Made by a program: the position numbers and the translations under genes. The notes under the pieces were generated by a model that was not told the DNA's origin, did not search any database, and saw nothing but the letters and a program-made list of their open reading frames with translations. DNA of 64,000 nucleotides from Paraspadella gotoi. Lineage: Eukaryota > Animalia > Chaetognatha. This document shows positions 1 to 12,685 of this stretch, piece by piece; the stretch's first letter is position 1, and the number at the start of each line of letters is the position of its first letter. The stretch is from assembly GCA_051294375.1 (NCBI GenBank), contig CM119270.1, positions 2,769,568 to 2,833,567 on the forward strand, in the 5' to 3' direction.

Positions 1-614
1 TTTTTGTATTGTTTTTCTTGATTTCTGTTCTTAATCGGGTAATATGGGTCAAGAGCCTGTTCGTTTACTAAGTTCATGTTGCACGAGTTTAAAAATATAT
101 TTTTAATATGAAATATAGCAAGAGAATAAAATAACATAAAATATCGGTAATTTTCTATTGGTCTTAACATAAAAAAAAAAAACAAAGACTTTTCTAATTC
201 CTTAGGCTAGGCTGAAAATTATAACTATATTGTGCATTGTTCACAGTTAAAGAAAGTTTTCAACAAATAACTACTTAAAGATTAAAGTCCACGGAAAAAA
301 AGTATGCTTTTTTACAAAAATATATTTAGACACTGTCAAATGTCCAAGGAGCAATGAGGGAAAGAAAAAAAGCCAATGCTGTTGAAAATAAATCGCAAGT
401 AACACGAAAGGAAAAAAGGAGATCGGCTTGAGACGGCCGAGTCGCTTTCATTATCTAATTTATATCCCCTCGCTATTTCTTCGTTTTGTTCAGAGAGAGA
501 GAGAGAGAGAGAAGAGAGAGACGTCTTGTTTTTTTTATTATGATAATGTATTATCTCTTCCTGTTGTCTTTTGCCTTCCGCCTCGAACGTTACTTCTCAT
601 CTACCCTGTCTATT

Positions 615-684
<70 letters not shown>

Positions 685-1705
685 AAAGAAGAGAGAGAGA
701 GAGAGAGAGAGCCTGATATCTTCTCCTTTCGCTCCACTGATTACCACGCTGGATGTTTTCTTCTTCTTGTGTATCTTAGTTTATTCATCCGCGACCTTCT
801 CGTAGTGAATGTCGGCTTTTTCCTAGTGACTGCGGTCCTGCGTTCAGGTTTTTTTCTCGCTTTTACATTTTGAGTTTTTTTAATTTTCGAATATCTACGT
901 AGCATGTTATTCTTCTCTTTCTTCTTTTGTTTAAAAAAAATTTTATTCTTTTTTAATCCATTTATTTTTTTTTCATTTTTCTTTCCTCCCCTTTTCCTCT
1001 CATTTTTCTTTTCCGGTTCCATAAACTTCTTTGACTTCGACTCAATTCAATTTCGACGTTTCCCCCCCTGCATATCTTGCAATCCTCGACAAGCTGCTTT
1101 CCTCCCACAATCATTCAATCCCTCTATTTTTTACATTCACTTCCTCAACGTCTTTCTTTTCTCTTTTTATCATATTTGTTTTCTTCGTCCTTCTTTCTTT
1201 CTTTCTTTCTTTCTTTTTATTAACGAGAATAAGGCAAGGCTTCTTTATTCATTTTTTTTCTCTTCTTCCTTTCGCCGTTCCTCCTTCTCCTTATCTTCTT
1301 TTTCTTCCCTCACATCTCTCCTTTCCTCCCTCTCTTCCTCCTTTTCTCTCCTTTCCTCCATCTCTTCCTCTATTTCATTCCTTTCCTCCATATATTTCTC
1401 CTCCTCTCTCCTTTCCTTCCTCTCTTCCTCCATTTCATTCCTTTCCTCCATCTCTTCCTCCATTTCATTACTTTCCTCCATCTCTTCCTCCACAACTCTC
1501 CTTTCCTCCATCTCTTCCTCCACCTCATTCTTTTCCTCTCTCAACTTCTCTTCTTTCCTCCCTCTCCTTCCTCCACCTCCTCCTCTTCCTCCCCTTTTTT
1601 CCTCCCTTTCCTCTTCTTTAATACATGATCAAAAATATTTGCCCCATAATCGATTCCAACTACACATAACCGTTTTCCTCCTTCCGTCTCGACTCATATT
1701 TTTTC

Positions 1706-1736
<31 letters not shown>

Positions 1737-3002
1737 TCTCTCTCTCTCGCTCTCTGTCTGTCATCCTCTTGACGGCGTCCTTTAATCTTTGACGTCCCCG
1801 TATTTATGATCCATCTCGATGGAGTGGGTTCGTATCTGGTATTTGAGCTTCAATATTGTTTTTCATTATTTTGGGATCGTGTTCACTGCTCAGGCGTGAA
1901 TGGTAGATATTTGTTCGGGGATATTGATTAACTCATCATACCGATAAAAATGACTTATTCCTAAAATAAATATATTTTTGAAAATATATCTATCCGATAT
2001 AATTTTTTGATATTGTGAATTAAAATTCCATTCATGACGATTTTCACTTTCACTCTTCTATTTCATTCACTCGGTCATTTGATCCAATGATAATTTTCTC
2101 GAAGTTTCATTTTCGACTTTTCCTTTTTTTCCTTTTCGCCTTTGCCTTTTTTTTTCCTTTTCGCCTTTGCCTTTTTTTTCATCGGACTTTTTTTTCTCTT
2201 CTTTTTATCTTAACCGACATTTTTTTCTCACAAACTCGTCTCCTATTTTTTTTATCGCTTCTTTCATTTCCTTAATCATTTGCTATAGATTTTCTTTCTT
2301 AATTTCTTTTCATATTTTTTTAAATTTTCTTTCTCTTTCAATTATTTTATTAATCATTATCTCTTTCAATTTCTTGACCACCCTTTTTAACCACTTCGTT
2401 CTTTCTTGATCTTCCTTTTTTTCACTATTTTTTTTTATTTTCTTTTCTTTTTCCTCTACTCCTCCTTTTCCTTTTCCTCACTATTTTTTTTTAGTTTCTT
2501 TTCTTTTTCCTCTACTCCTCCTTTTCCTCACTTTTTTTTAGTTTCTTTTCTTTTTCCTCACTTGCTCCCTTTTTATTTTTCTCCATTTTACTCCTTTTCT
2601 TTTCATCCTTTTCTCACTTTCGTTTTCCTTCCTTCCTTTTTACCTTCCCTCTTTTTTTGTTTTTCAGAGTTCCTCCCCTTTCCCTTTCTTCCATTTCTCC
2701 CCTTTCCTTTTCCTCCCTCCCTCTCCTTTCCTTTTCCTCCCTTTCCTCTTCCTCCTCATAACTGCTTCCTCCTCCTGTTGAGATTTTCATGTCTGCAGCG
2801 GAGACGAAGTCCAAAACAAGATTCCCTCATTTTTTCCCTTTTTTTTTCCTTTTTATTATTATTTTATTTTTTTTCTTATTTCTTTTTCTCCCTAAATTTT
2901 TTTAAAATTCTTTTATCCACTCGCTTTGTTTGTCTTTGTGTTTTCCTTCTTTGTTTCTCTCTTTCTTTCTTCTTTCTTTCTTTTCTTTCTTTCTTTCTTT
3001 TT

Positions 3003-3076
<74 letters not shown>

Positions 3077-3371
3077 TCGTCTCTCTCTTCTCATTTTTGT
3101 CTTCATTTTACGATCCTCATCCTCCTTTACTTTTCCTTCTTTCGCTGCTTCTGTCTCTTTCTCCTTTTCCTTTTCTTTCCTCCGTTTTTCCTTCGTTTTT
3201 CCTTCTTCCTCCCAAACGATATCATCGATGTCTCATGTTTCTTTAATTTCGTCTGTCCGTCCGTCCATCTGTCCGTCCGCCCGTCCGTCCGTCCGCCTCT
3301 TTCTTCCTCCATTTCCTCTTTTCTGTCATAATTTTTTTTTCCTCTTGAAGACGAAGCGTCGTCGTTTTTTC
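1..3371 (+). repeat. Copy 1 of a ~3.4-kb direct duplication (copy 2 at 7371-10807); non-coding, pyrimidine-rich
   Basis: tttttgtattgtttttt at 1 recurs at 7371 and the match continues to gaagcgtcgtcgttttttc (3371/10807). Differences are mostly 1-bp indels. Confidence 0.9.
1321..1530. repeat. 30-bp pyrimidine-rich minisatellite (ctttcctccatctcttcctccatttcattc)
   Basis: About 7 degenerate units with 30-bp period. It is the source of the S-rich, P-rich and E-rich ORFs in the track; also present at ~8745-8950. Confidence 0.85.
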
Positions 3372-3814
3372 NNNNNNNNNNNNNNNNNNNNNNNNNGATA
3401 AGAAAAAAAGGAAATATGCGAAGCGATAACAATGGGGGAGAGAAAAAAAAAATAAATGACGATATTTAAATCTCGACTTACGAGAGAAAAAACAGAGAGA
3501 AGAGAGAGGAGAGAGGAGAGAACGAGTAGAGAGGAGAGAGAGAGAGAGAGAGCTGAGAGAGAGATGAGGGAGAGAGGAGAGAGAGAGAGAGAGAGAGAGA
3601 GGAGAACCATTTCCATTGCAGACTTATTTTTTCTATATTGTATATTTATTTTCTTTTTTTTTTTCTTTTCCCATTTTTTATGTTTCTTTGATTTTTTTTA
3701 ATTTCATTTTCTGTTTTGTTATTTTCAGATTTTTCACATTTCTGAGAATGAGTCAAGGGAACGAGGATGACTGAGGGAAAAATGAAGAGAGAGAAATGCG
3801 ATAATTGTAATGAG

Positions 3815-4146
3815 CAACGCAGAGAATGGTTTATCAAGTGGCTTGTCTCTCTTTGGCTTCTCCGTCTTATATTCTGATTGACCAATCAGAGAGGAGGCTT
3901 CTCTCAGGAAACCGACGGCCAGAGAAAGCGGAGAGAGGGAACTAATCCACTCTTCAACTTACCTCAAGAAACAACATCAAACTTCCTTATGGACTATTTG
4001 TTATATTGTTTATTGCCTGCCTTTTTCTCTGCATAATCTACATATTTTGTTATGTTTAAATTAATCATCATCCCAACGTGTTTCTTATGTCAATTAAAAC
4101 TCCTCCTATTTCTCCCTTAATAAACCAACGCCTGCTTCCTTCGTTG
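3815..4146 (+). repeat. 5' LTR
   Basis: caacgcagagaatggtttatcaagtggc...cttcgttg; matches 6969-7312. Confidence 0.75.
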
Positions 4147-5840
4147 TGGTGACAGGAACTGATAGACTTCACACGGCCTCCTAAAAGACCACTCAACCAA
4201 AAAAAAAAAAATATTGCTACCCTACCAAAAAATAATTACATCATACTACATAAACCTCCCGAATGACTACTCAAAAAAAATAATAAAAAAAAGATTTCAA
4301 CCTAGAAATTTTCTTAAAGTTAAAAACGAACCACAAAAATCGAAGTATATAATTATAAGAAAATAAAAACAAGATCTGAAAATTTAAAAACAATACCCAT
4401 TTTCGAAATTCAGTGGAGCTGCGTAAACGTAGCTCTGAGCTGCAAAAAAAAAAAAAAAAAAAAAAAAAAACACAAAAAACCCTCAAATCTCTCAAAAAAC
4501 GGAATATCTTCAGGAAAAATTAAATTAAGCTACGTAAAACAAAAAAAACCATTTCTTCAACAATTTAAAGCTCTTACCAAACAATCCTATATTCCCAGAC
4601 TATTTGAAAATAGAAGTTTTAAAATTACAAATGAAACGCCCCTCTTTACATTGGATTTCTTAGAAAAAACATGACGCCAAACTTAACAAAACGATAGCCT
4701 ACCGCGACTTTCCAATGACCATGTGTTTCTCTCTGAGCCGCGTCGTCACGTGACCAGCATTTGCCCCCCAAACACAAAAGGACAAAACTCGATCGCTCTC
4801 TGTTAATCCTATTCAAAATAAAAACGAGCCCACGCCGAAGTCGCACAACAACAAAACAAACAAAACCTCCCTCTGGTCTCTGTGTCTCTCTCCCTATTTG
4901 AGAATCCCGGCTAAGAAATGCTCCTACAACATAAAAAAACCGGTTTACCAGAAAAAAGAACCTGCAAGGGCCAAAACAATGGCCAATCCGCGACCAAATG
5001 AAAAGTCCAATTTTGAAAATGCCAGCTTCTAAGCTCATTTCTCACCCAACCACCCTACTCTATTCCCCGCCGCCAATAAGCAATGAAGATGAAATAATTT
5101 TTAAGAAAATGCGATCTCTACTACAAGTACTTTTCAGCCCTAACATTGTATGGACCACAACATAGGAGTAATAAAACTATTTTCAAAATAACTTAACTCA
5201 TGAGGCCCGACTTCATTTAGAAAAGCCCCAAGCACCTCTTATGATCTTTTCAAATTGAATCACAAACCAAACCTTTTGGGGCAAATGGATATCGTACCCA
5301 TTCAGTCTAAGACGAACTCCACAATCTGTGAAAACAGTTATTGACAGGCCAAGAAAAACTATGATTTGTACATATGGTGCTATGACATTGAAGATGGCAT
5401 CATTTTTTAAAGCTGGAATTTAGATCGTTTATCCCGAGAAAAGAAAGGATAAAGAAGAAAAAGATAAAAGAAAAAGGAAGCAAGAAAAAAAGAATAGAGA
5501 AAAGAATAAAGGAAAGACGTTTAGCAGGTGAATTATTCATGTCACAATTTAAAGTACCAAACCGTTCAAAAATCTGAATGGTACTGAGGACGAGAATAAA
5601 TGTAAAGATGAAGTAAAAAACGATGTAGAAAAGACCACAGGAGGAAGGGAAAAGAGCTCGAATCAACTAGCCACAAAAACTGGAGTAAGAATCAAAAACA
5701 GGCAATATTCACCCAAGAAACTTACCATTAGAACAGGTATATGCCGAAATATTCTTCTGGGCCACCTTGAACTAAGGAAAAAGAAAAAGCGCCAGCAACT
5801 CTCCTGCTTACAAAACACTCAACTAAACCAAACCATAAGG

Positions 5841-6140
5841 GATTCAGAAATACAAACAGATGCCTTACAATCCAAAACACTTCATTGACAATTTCAACAC
5901 AAACAGATAATCCCCCACTTTTAATATAGCAGAACAAAAGATTACAAACAGAAAGACATTAAAGACACCAAAGCAAAACAATTTAAAAGACAGTTTCAAC
6001 ATCAAACAAAGGATCCCCCAAATAAGCATTAACAATGGCAACACAAACTGATGACCCGAAAATACAATACAATTGGACAACACAAACTGATGAACCCCAA
6101 ATAGCAATAACAATGGCAACACAAACTGAGGAACCCCCAA
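5841..6140 (+). pseudogene. Frameshifted coding-repeat segment of the LTR element encoding tandem (T/I/L)QT[D/E] motifs
   Basis: Local translations with frame changes: DSEIQTDA (5841), LTISTQTDNP (5885), KRLQTE (~5936), then ~39-bp repeats giving TMATQTDDP, TQTDEPQIAITMATQTEEP (6030-6135). Confidence 0.55.
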
Positions 6141-6968
6141 GGCAAAAAAATGTACAGGTTTCCTCCTGACTTCTCCAATTTGATTAAAATCTTTCAGATA
6201 CCCTGATGAAATTTCTAATTTATACCAAAACTGATCAAGCTGATCAAACTGACCTTGCACATGCAAAAAAATGTGAGAACATCAACGCGCATACAAGTCA
6301 AAAACACAAGTCAAAAATCAATGAAGCAACTGTTGTCATTCAAAACAACAAAAATAGGAATCATCCCACTAGCAACAAACCAAATGTCTTCTTCCCCAGG
6401 GCCAAAAAACTGGAGGATAAAATTCACTCCATAGTAAGACCAGCTGAGCAAACTTCACTAACTGAAGTGACAAGCGCCTTAGAAATATTAGTACAAAACA
6501 ATTCAAAAAAATTACAGCAGCATGAGCAGAAAAAAGGTATGAGAAAGAAAGAAACCGAAAATAAACAAGCAGAATCCTGATCAGAACCATCCCAAAAAAA
6601 CTGATTGGATCTGAATAAAACCACCCATCATTCCACCAAAACCTAACAACCAGTTAACAAAGCTAAACCCATTGCCAAAAAACCTAAAAGGCACTACATG
6701 TTCTCCAAACAAATGGCAGATTAAATCCCCTTTCATCCCAATCACTACCTGGATGGACAAAACAATACCTCCAATGGTGGACTTTCAACTACTTCTCCAC
6801 AGCCTCTTTATCCACCAACGTGAGGTGGACCCTATGAGCTTTTACAAAGGAGGGCCAATATACAGACATAGAAGATGGATGAATAGTTGACTATAGGATA
6901 AAAGAACACGCTCGGACCAATTCTCAGATGACACGAGAAGGTCTTCGCAATGGGCGAGGGGGGGTGAC

Positions 6969-7312
6969 CAACGCAGAAGACATGGTTTATCAAGTGGCTT
7001 GTTCTCTCTGGCTTCTCCGTCTTTTATATCCTTGATTGACCAATCAGAAGGAGGCTTCCCTCAGGGAAAACCGACGGCACGCAGAGGAAACGAGGAGAGG
7101 AACTGGATAACTCTTTCAACTTACCTTCAAGAAACAAAACATCAAAACTCCTTACTGGACTATTTGATTATTGTTTATTGCCTGCCTTTTCTCTGCATAA
7201 TCTACATATTTTTGTATGTTAATTATCAATCTCCCAACGTGTTCTTATGTCAATAAACTCCTTTTTTCCTTATTTCTCCCTTAATAAAACCACGCCTGCC
7301 TGTCCTTCGTTG
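6969..7312 (+). repeat. 3' LTR
   Basis: caacgcagaagacatggtttatcaagtggc...cttcgttg; preceded by a polypurine tract. Confidence 0.75.
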
Positions 7313-7370
7313 TGATGCAAAAGGAGAATCTTATTAGGTTTAAGATTTATTCTTTTAGGCTTTTCTCATT

Positions 7371-8073
7371 TTTTTGTATTGTTTTTTCTTGATTTTCTGC
7401 ATTCTTAATCCGGGTAATTATGGGTCAAGAGGGCCTGTTCGTTTTACTAAGGTTCATGTTGCACGAGTTTTAAAAATATATTTTTAATATGAAATATACG
7501 CAAGAGAATAAAATAAACATAAATATCGGTAATTTTCTTATTGTGTACTTAACCATAAAAAAAAAAAACAAAAGACTTTTCTAATTCCTTAGGCGATAGG
7601 CTGAAAATAATCAACTATATTGTGCATTGTTCACCAGTTAAAGAAGTTTTTCACACAAAATAACCTACTTAAAGCATTAAAGTCCACGGAAAAAAAGTAT
7701 GCTTTTTTACAAAAATATATCTTAGACACTGGTTCAAATGTCCAAGGAGCAATGAGGGAAAGAAAAAAAAAGCCAATGCTGTTGAAAATTAAATCGCAAG
7801 TAACACGAAAGGAAAAAAGGAGATCGCTTGAGACGGCCGAGTCGCCTTTCATTATCTAATTATATCCCTCGCTATTTCTTCGGTTTGTTCAGAGAGAGAG
7901 AGAAACGAGAGAGATAGAGAGGACGTCTTGTTTTTTTATTTATGATAATGGTATATCTCTTCCTGTTGTTTCTTTGCTCCGCCCTCGAAACGTACTTCTC
8001 ATCTACCCTGTTCTATTTGAGCAGAGAGAGAGAGAGAGAGCAGAGAGAGAGAGAGAGAGCAGACAGAGAGATG

Positions 8074-8104
<31 letters not shown>

Positions 8105-9145
8105 GCAGGAGAGAGAGAGAGAGAAGCCCTGATATCATTTCTCCTTTCGCTCACTGATTACCACGCCTGCGATGTTTTCTTCTTCTGTTATCTTAGTTTA
8201 TTCATCCCGACCCTTCTCGTAGTGAATGTCGGTTTTTCCTAGTGACTGCGGTCCTGCGTTTCAGGTTTTTTTTCTCGCTTTTACATTTTGAGTTTTTTTA
8301 ATTCGAATATCTACCGTAGCATGTTATTCTTCTCTTTCTTCTTTTGTTTAAAAAAATTTTATTCTTTTTAATGCCATTTATTTTTTTTTCATTTTTTCTT
8401 CCTCCCCTTTTCCTCTTCATTCTTTTTTCCGGTTCCACATAAACTTCTTTGACTCGACTCAATTCAATTTCGACGTTTCCCCCCCCTGCCATATCTTGGC
8501 AATCCTCGACAAGCTGCTTTCCTCCCACAATTCATCAAATCCCTCTATTTTTTACATTCACTTCCTCAACGTCTTTCTTTATCTCTTTTTATTCATATTT
8601 GTTTTTCTTCGTCCTTCTTTCTTTCTTTCTTTCTTTCTTTTATTAACGAGGAATTAAGGCAAGGTTCTTTATTCATTTTTTTCTCTTCTTCTTTCGGCCG
8701 TTCCTCCTTCTCCTTATCTTCTTTTTCTCCTCTTCAACATCTCTCCTTTCCCTCCCCTCTCTTCCTCCTTTTCTCTCCTTTCCTCCATCTCTTCTCCTCT
8801 ATTTCATTCCTTTCCATCCATATATTTCTCCTCCTCTCTCCTTCCTTCCTCTCTTCCTCCATTTCATTCCTTTCCTCCATCTTCTTCCTCCATTCATTAC
8901 TTTCCTTCATCTCTCCTCCACAACTCTTCCTTTCTCCATCTCTTCCTCACTCTCATTCTTTTTCTCTCTCCACTTCTCTCTTTCCTCCCTCTCCTTCCTC
9001 CACCTCCTCCTTCTCCTCCCCTTTTTTTCCTCCCCTTCCTCTTCTTAATACATGTATCAAAAATATTTGCCCGATAATCGATTCCAACTAACAATAACCG
9101 TTTTCCTCTTCCGTCTCGACTCATATTTTTTTTCCTCTCTCTCTC

Positions 9146-9197
<52 letters not shown>

Positions 9198-10442
9198 TCT
9201 CTCTCTCTCTCTCTCTCTCTTCTCCTCTCTTTCTCTCTCTCTCGCTTCTCTGTCTGTCATCCCTTGACGGCGCTCCTTTAATCTTTGACGTCCCGTATTT
9301 ATTGATCCATCTCGATGTAGTGGCAGGTTCGTATCTGAGTATTTGAGCTTCAATTATTGTTTTTCATTATTTTTGAGGAATCGTGTTTTCACTGCTCAGC
9401 GTGAATGGTAGATTTTGTTCGGGATATTGGATTAGCTCATTCATACCGATAAAAATGACTTATTCCTAAAAATAAATATATTTTGAAAATATTATCTATC
9501 CGATTATAATTTTTTGATATTGTGAATTTAAAATTCCATTCATGATATTTTCATTTCACTCTTCTATTTCATTCACTCGGTTCATTGATCCAATGATAAT
9601 TTTCTCGAAGTTTTCATTTTTCGACTTTCCTTTTTTTCCTTTTCGCCTTTGCCTTTTTTTTTCCTTCTTTTTATCTTAACGACATTTTTTTCTTCACAAA
9701 ACTTCGTCTCTATTTTTTTTATCCGTTCTTTCATTTCCTTAATCATTTTGCTATTAGATTTTCTTTCTTAATTTCTTTTCATATTTTTAAAATTTTCTTT
9801 CTTCCTTTCAATTATTTTTATAATCATTTTTTTCAATTTCTGAGCCACCCTTTTTTAAACACTTCGTTCTTTCTTGATTCTTCCTTTTTTCCACTATTTT
9901 TTTTATTTTTCTTTTTCTTTTTCCTCTACTCTCCTTTTCCTCACTTTTTTAGTTTCTTTTCTTTTTCCTCCACTTGCCTCCCTTTTTTTATTTTTTCCTT
10001 CAATTTACTCCTTTCTTTTCATCCTTTTCTCACTTTCGTTTTTTCCTTCCTTCCTTTTTACCTCCCTCTTTTTGTTTTCCAGAGTTCCTCCCCTTTCTTT
10101 CTTCCATTTCTCCCTTCCTTTTACTCCCTCCCCTCTCCTCCTTTTCCTCCCTTTCCTTTCTTTTCTTCAAAAAAAATCTTTTCCTCTTCCCCTCATAACA
10201 TGCTCTCTCCTCTGTTTGAGATTTTCATGTCTTGCCAGCGGAGACGAAGTCCAAAACAATATTCCCTCATTTTTTCCCTTTTTTTTCCTTTATTATTATT
10301 TTATTTTTTCTTATTTCTTTTTCTCCCTAAATTTTTTTTAAAATTCTTTTATAACCACTCGCTTTGTTTTGTCTTTTTGTTCCTTCTTTGTTTCCTCTTT
10401 CTTTCTTCTTTCTTTCTTTTCTTTCTTTCTTTCTTTTTTCTT

Positions 10443-10520
<78 letters not shown>

Positions 10521-10807
10521 CTCATTTTTGTCTTCATTTTACGATCCTCATCCTCCTTTACTTTTCCTTCTTTCGCTGCTTCTGTCTCTTTCTCCTTTTC
10601 CTTTTCTTTCCTCCGTTTTTTTTCCTTTCGTTTTTCCTCTTCCTCCCAAACGATATTCATTCGATGTCTCATGTTTCTTTAATTTCGGTCTGTCCGTCCG
10701 TCCATCTGTCCGTCCGCCCGTCCGTCCGTCCGCCTTCTTTCTTCCTTTCCATTTTCCTCTTCTGTCATATTTTTTTTCCTGTAAGGACGAAGCGTCGTCG
10801 TTTTTTC
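7371..10807 (+). repeat. Copy 2 of the direct duplication of 1-3371
   Basis: Colinear match to 1-3371 with scattered indels. Confidence 0.9.
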
Positions 10808-10856
10808 ATTTATTTCTCGTTGTGTCTACTCCTCTCTCTCTCCTCTCCTCTCTCTC

Positions 10857-10909
<53 letters not shown>

Positions 10910-12643
10910 TCTTCTTCTCCCTACTCCTCTGCCTCCTCCCTCATCCACGTCCAATGGTTTTTCGCAGTTCTTTTAAAAAAAAGCTTCATTTTACTTTAAA
11001 TATAAATTTTCAAATTCTTAACAAAATTGAAAAAGCAACGAAGTTTGTTGTTCGTCCTGGGAAAACCGAACAAAAGACAAACGAGACTCAAGTCGCTCGG
11101 AGGAAGAAGGCGGGAAATCTTCGGACAAACGGCGCCGAGTGAATTTTAAAGGGGAAGAATAGTTTTAAATAAATAATGCAAGTCTTATATCTACAGTAAT
11201 TAAATATACTTATTCATCTGTTATTTTCTGTTCCCAACATTTTACTGCTAATTTAAAAACATATCTAAATCCGAGCTATTTTATTGTTAATTATCTAGAA
11301 ATAAGCTTAAATTAAAGATCATACTAATATCAAAATGAACCAGTTACCATATTTAATTGATATTAAACTGTTATTAATCTGATATTAAACTGATATTCGA
11401 TTCCATCTCGCATCTATTAACAGAATAATCCTAAAACCATTATTATTTTTTAGAATTTACCAGATTTATACTCGCCACATCTTTATAAAATTTTTTTTCA
11501 ATTTAAAATTAGGATTTTTTTAATAACATTCCAAGTTTTCCCGAAATATAAAAACGCTCAACAATCAACGTGATATATCTCTCGTTTAAATCAGGATCGA
11601 CGAAATTGAGATTCCGTCTCTAACGTGATATATCTCCCCTTTCAATCAGGATCGATAAAGATGCGTCCACGATCCAATCAACTCAGGATTCAAGATCGAA
11701 AAGGACGATGACGACGAATAAAACGACGATGACGACGACGAAGATTACGGATCACCGGAGCCCGACCCAGTTGTTGCTCTTCGAAATCGGGGCCCCGCAG
11801 CCCCGCGCCGCTCCCGGCTGCCCAGCGCCTCCGGGCAGCCGCTGTAGTAGATCCAAGTGAAAAAAAATTAAAAAATCAGCTGCCTTAATATTTTCGAGTC
11901 TTCTGCTTTTTTTTTTTTGCTGCAGCAGCGCAGCGGCGGTGAAAGCGGAAGGAGCAGCTGGGGAAAAAGCCGCAGTAGCCGCGGGAAACAGCGGCAGCTG
12001 GAAAAAAAAGTAAACCAAAAATAAGAATAACATTCGGTGCTGATTCACGCTGATTCCGTTTTATAAGTTTATTTTAAACTGTTTGTTTTTTTTTCAAACT
12101 GACGTAAATAAACAAATACTCGTAATCCCGCAAAATACTACTACTTTTTAAACGTCCATCGTTGATATTTAAACTAACGAAGTCTTTCTCTAAATTTTTT
12201 TCGAAACTTGAAAAAAACAAATTTCCATCGCGTTTTGGAACGAAACTATTTGGTCATCGCTACACCTAGAGGGCGAGACGTTAAATAAGAAAAGAATAAA
12301 AGGACATCTATCGGTGAAAATAAAGGAGACCGACAGAAAACGACGCGCTTTGACGCCGACGTCCAAGATGGTCGTTGTCAGAAAAAGAAAACAATATCCT
12401 CGGAGTGAGAGCGAGAGGAAAAGAGAGACTGACTGACTGACTGACAATCCTCGCTGAATAATTGACGAGTTTGGAATCGGAAAGACGCCGCTTTTAACGT
12501 CTGACGACGCCGGGAGCCGGAAGCGACGCCGGCGATCGGAAAAAAGAAAGCGGACGCGTAGGAATCTCCATAGCAACGAAGGAAACCGGGACTCGTCGCG
12601 GGGGCCGAAGGACGTTGGCGTCCAGTAGTTCATCGCCAACGCG

Positions 12644-12685
<42 letters not shown>

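Larger units (their letters stand above)
3815..7312 (+). mobile_element. LTR-bounded retroelement, probably non-autonomous (no pol motifs seen)
   Basis: ~335-345-bp direct repeats at 3815-4146 and 6969-7312, each with AATAAA near its 3' end. TGG-initiated PBS-like tggtgacagg directly after the first repeat (4147). Polypurine tract gggcgaggggggg (6952-6964) just before the second. Flanks tgag / tgatg resemble a TSD. A-rich, frameshifted internal region. Confidence 0.75.

Noticed and set aside
428-3701. Long F/L/S-rich and ER-repeat ORFs (e.g. 904-1785, 2406-3401, and 9874-11142)
   Set aside because: Translations of pyrimidine tracts and (AG)n microsatellites, open in several frames with no domain signal.
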